A DNA stretch of 54,915 nucleotides, filler included, from Squatina squatina (Eukaryota), in the NCBI GenBank assembly GCA_031763465.1. It is 3 parts of 3 records of this genome, joined end to end, with 100 filler letters (N's around TTAATTAATTAA, not from the genome) between each part and the next. Parts side by side here need not be neighbours in the genome. Positions count along the whole stretch, not along the records: positions 32,682 to 54,915 come from JARFOE010000203.1; 2 more parts are not named here. One strand, given 5' to 3'. Numbering within the stretch: position 1 is the first letter of the stretch; each line of letters opens with the position of its first letter. Made by a program: the position numbers and the translations under genes. The notes under the pieces are model-generated. The model had not been told where the DNA came from and did not search any database. It saw only the letters and a list, made by a program, of their open reading frames with translations. This document shows positions 51,249 through 54,915 of the stretch, piece after piece.

Positions 51249-52473
51249 AATCGTATATAGTCCTCATCTTCAAGATAGCTCAGATCACTAATTCTTATTT
51301 TATGTTAACATGATGGATATAAAGTCATGGATAATTGGATTCTAGTTACATTCATAAAAATACATTGAAAGTTTAGGACAGCCAGCAAATTGTAACCTGC
51401 CATTTAGATGGTATGTATGCGAATTGCAGCATTTGTTGCTGCCTACTTTGGTCCAACTGCCATCCTCCTGTTATTACAGTTTATAAATGGCTATATATTT
51501 AAAATAAACTTCAGACTTCAGTCCTTTATAAGAGCGACTGAGAAGGGAACATACGGATCCAAGTTGGATTTGACTGTTGTGTGCAATGGGTGTTGGATTT
51601 TTTTTTAAACAAGATTTTGATGAACTCAGTTTGCCCACAGCCAAAGGGTAAAAGATCAGCAGTGTGCAACCCCCTTCTCCATAACATGAAGTGCCCTGAG
51701 TGCACTACTAATACATCTTGGCACACTATGGAGGGATAAAGGGAAAAAAATAAATCGACCATAGTCTGCCCACAGACATATCCTCAAATAGTGAACGAAC
51801 CTGGTTATGACAACTTAAATTCTAGTGGCACAATCTGATTTTAGATTTAACCCTGATTTATTAATTCACCGTTGAGACAGGCAGAGACTCATTAATGGAA
51901 GGTAGTCTCATTATCCATTACAGAATTCAGATGAAACTGAAATGAGAAACAATCTCTGACCATTAGTTCCTTTGTTCCCCTTTCACATTTGTTTTGTGTT
52001 GAACTGAATCTTAAAAATGTGTAAGGAAAGAGGAACGACTGCCATCTGGGAGCTGTGAATGAAATGGAAGGAATTAAACTGCATTAGCAGAGATGTTACA
52101 TTACGTAATTCTCTTTTCTTTTATAATTACTATTAATGTTTCTTGGTTGTTTCTTGGTCAAGACACTGTGATTATCTATAGTTGCAATGACCTTTTTTCC
52201 CCTCGAGAGTTATGACTTCTGACTGAAGGGGAAAAAAAGTTGAGAAAAAAAACAGTAATTAAGAGGCAAGAAAGTGAACAACATAATAAAAGCTCCTTTT
52301 CAAAAGGTTATATTACAGGACATGCAGCGAATAAAATTACATTGTGAAATGCAGAGATAAATTGGGACAAATGTTTAGTGTGTAATAAAGTGCAATATTT
52401 GTTTCAAGGATACCCATAGAAGTGGATTTTATCAGGTACGAGTACTGCACCACATTATATACATTATTCCTAC

Positions 52474-52593
52474 CTTCTGCACCTGTAGTTGAGCTGTTGT
52501 CTGATCTTGTTCCAGCCTTATCGGACCCAAGGCTGTCAACTTTCGCATGGTTTCTGCCACCCAGGTAAGCTCGGAGTCAGCAGCCTGCTCATA
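52474..52593 (-). CDS. MACF1: MACF1 exon [40 protein letters not shown]
   Basis: 120 nt, TAG/GTAGG boundaries; the most 5' MACF1 exon visible in the window. Confidence 0.95.
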
Positions 52594-54759
52594 CTAGCAG
52601 AAAGGAGAAGCAGCACGGAACATTAAAGAGAAAAAGCAGACACATAGCTGTACATACAAACACAGACAGAAACGATGCAGAGCTGCAATCGGAACACAGG
52701 TAGTGCCAGAAAAATCACTGAGTAAAGTCACTCCGACCCTCAATTAAACAATGTAATAATCATTGCTTGTGGTAGTTTCACAACTTTTTCTAACAGTACA
52801 AAAGTCCGTCGCAGCAGTGTGATAAAGTATGGAGTTGTTCAGTGCCGTTGTAATGCACGGTAATATTCTGTTAGATTTTGTTCAATGTTTTTACTAGATG
52901 TAGGGAAAGTTCATTAAATTTACCAATTGGTGTGTGTTTTAATGTATTGATTTAGAAAAAAAAATGCAAATTAACTAATTTAACAAAAAATGAAATGTGA
53001 ACATTCAAAAATTAACTGTCTTGGGCATACTGACACCAACTGTTTTGAATTGCAGACCAGAAGAGTATATATATTTATTGGCACTCAAAACCTGTTTAAT
53101 AAAACACATCTGAATGCTGTTTTACTGTATTAACCGTTGACATCTCCAAATAGGTGTGGTTTTGATTCCCAGTGAAGGCAAGCGGGAAAGGATAGAAGAA
53201 ATATTCAGCAACACGACAAAATTGTCCAAGAATTTAACCGTCTCATATGTAGCAGATTTTTAAACAAGATTTTCCTTGGTCTCAGAATATACTGAGCTCA
53301 TTCAATATGCAGCAGTGTGAACAGCAATTATTATTTTTTTTTAGATTTTTGGTCTCTGCCTTGACTACTCCTTGATGCAAAACATTCCAAGCCCTAAAAA
53401 CTAACTGCGTAAAGATATTTCTTCTACCTTCTCTCCTCAATCTCAATAAGGATTTTTTTTTTTACATTGGTGACCTTATTCACCCCATCAAAATCATTCA
53501 CAATTTTAAAAAAACGTCTATTCAGTCTTTTCTTTGCCTTTTCAGCTCCAGTGGAAATAGTCCCAATATTTAAAGGCTCTCCTCATAGTTACAGTTTCTC
53601 ATCCCAAGTATTGTGCTGGATAAGATCAAGAGCTCACTGTAAGAGGGTTTATGCTTTAGTTGATCAAAGGCCACCATTTATCCATGAGGTTCATTAAAAA
53701 ACTCATTACTTGCTAACTAGTGCAAATCTACACTTCAGGAACCAACTTAACAGAGCATGTGATGAGAACAGACCATTTGGCGCATTGAGCCAGTTCACTC
53801 CACACACCCTATGCAACATGGTCTCTATCAAGTATTTATCATGAGGGAAGCTTCAGTAAATTTTCTCCCAATCCATCTCAAAATAATTAAGTGAAACTGT
53901 GCAATATTGTATCCAACCAACTGTATTAACTATGCATCCTTATGTTCAACTGCATTATGTTACAGCTCTCCAGTTCAAGATAAGCTGTACACTAAAAATG
54001 TTTTGACCAGACTTATCCTGAAAATCTCTAGTCCTGTTCCCAACTCCATTTATTTAACCTACTCTTTTCTGGAATTAACAAACATTAAGTGCTTTTGTGG
54101 AGAGTCTGTTCCCCATAAGTACTACTCTGAGAATGATGACTCAGATCTCTCGTCTGACTGAACTTGAAGCTTGCTTCATGTAATCATGCCTTCTAGTGCT
54201 ATGCTCATAATTTACACTAAATTACCTGCTCACATCTACATGTTCTGGTCTACAGACGAGCATACAATAGCTTCAAGCATAAATGTACATTCTTGTGAAT
54301 CCAGTTGAGAAAACAAGGAGTTGGGAAGGGAAGCTGTCCACACTGGCACATGTCCATCCATGTTGAATAGGAGAGGGTTAAAACCTTTCGGGACACATTT
54401 GATATTACAAACTCAAACAGTAACAGTTAAAAGTAATGCAGGGTTAAGAGTTATTTCACAATTTTTTTTGCATGATGCCAAAAATTGCAGGGAGATTGCA
54501 TCAGATATTTTTGAGCAATTAGAATGGATTTTAAGAGTCAGAAAATAACCCTACCCTTGCTACAGCACAAAATATCTGCTCCACTGGTACCATTAAAAAT
54601 GTAGGAAGTGGCGTTACCCTCCATGAGGGGCATGGCATGGCAAATTCATTATTAAAGCACTGCAAAAATTAGGCACATTTTGGAATTCATATTACATTCT
54701 GCAACAGCTTAAAAATGTTGTTATTTCAATCCTGTAAACATTTTGAAGCATACAGAGTA

Positions 54760-54915
54760 GAGGAGCAGGGATGTCTTATTGCAGTTGCACAGGGCCTTGG
54801 TGAGACCAAGTATTGAGTATTGTGTGCAGTTTTGGTCGCCTTATCTGAGGAAGGATGTTCTTGCCATGGAGGGAGTGCAGCAAAGGTTCACCAGACTGAT
54901 TCCTGGGATGGCAGG
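54760..54915 (+). mobile_element. CR1 LINE ORF2 fragment
   Basis: Reads RDVLLQLHRALVRPSIEYCVQFWSPYLRKDVLAMEGVQQRFTRLIPGMA, a hallmark CR1 motif. Confidence 0.92.

Larger units (their letters stand above)
33070..52593 (-). pseudogene. MACF1: MACF1 (spectraplakin) spectrin-repeat region: 16 exons, 876 codons, with disabling lesions; probable unprocessed pseudogene copy
   Basis: Exon phases chain consistently. [27 protein letters not shown] and AFSIDIIRHKDS are MACF1-type rather than DST-type. In-frame TGA at 36296-36298 and acceptor AG>TG at 49501-49502. Confidence 0.7.

Noticed and set aside
54226-54330. GAGCAG|GTAAT on the minus strand as the next upstream MACF1 exon
   Set aside because: The translation does not match the expected ...RVDEIDAAIQRSQQ; that exon lies outside the window.
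1-54915. CRISPR arrays, operons, true tRNA/rRNA genes, and ORF-track entries containing X runs
   Set aside because: The DNA is eukaryotic with spliced genes, the tRNA-like boxes belong to SINE heads, and the X-containing ORFs are artefacts of reading through N gaps.

Overview
This is vertebrate nuclear DNA, very probably from a shark or other cartilaginous fish, judging by SacSINE1/Deu-type SINEs and abundant CR1, L2, RTE and Penelope relics. It is not prokaryotic. The draft assembly is fragmented, and two artificial pads (N44-TTAATTAATTAA-N44 at 16453-16552 and 32582-32681) join three separate scaffolds. Segment 1 (1-16452, + strand) holds the last coding exon and 3'UTR of an ABHD17C-type depalmitoylase. 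Seven recognisable exons of a CEMIP2/TMEM2-like hyaluronidase-family gene follow, one with an in-frame TAG, plus an unexplained 483-nt phase-1 exon candidate. Segment 2 (16553-32581) has no recognisable host exons; it contains repeats and AT-rich blocks that look like conserved non-coding elements. Segment 3 (32682-54915, - strand) holds 16 consecutive spectrin-repeat exons (876 codons) of MACF1. They carry an in-frame TGA, a splice acceptor changed from AG to TG, and several radical substitutions, so this is probably a decaying unprocessed duplicate. Most notable are the gene decay on two separate scaffolds, the CEMIP2-type paralog beside ABHD17C, the orphan exon, and a small insertion with a target-site duplication and a hammerhead-ribozyme-like core. 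All protein comparisons use human sequences recalled from memory; no searches were run.
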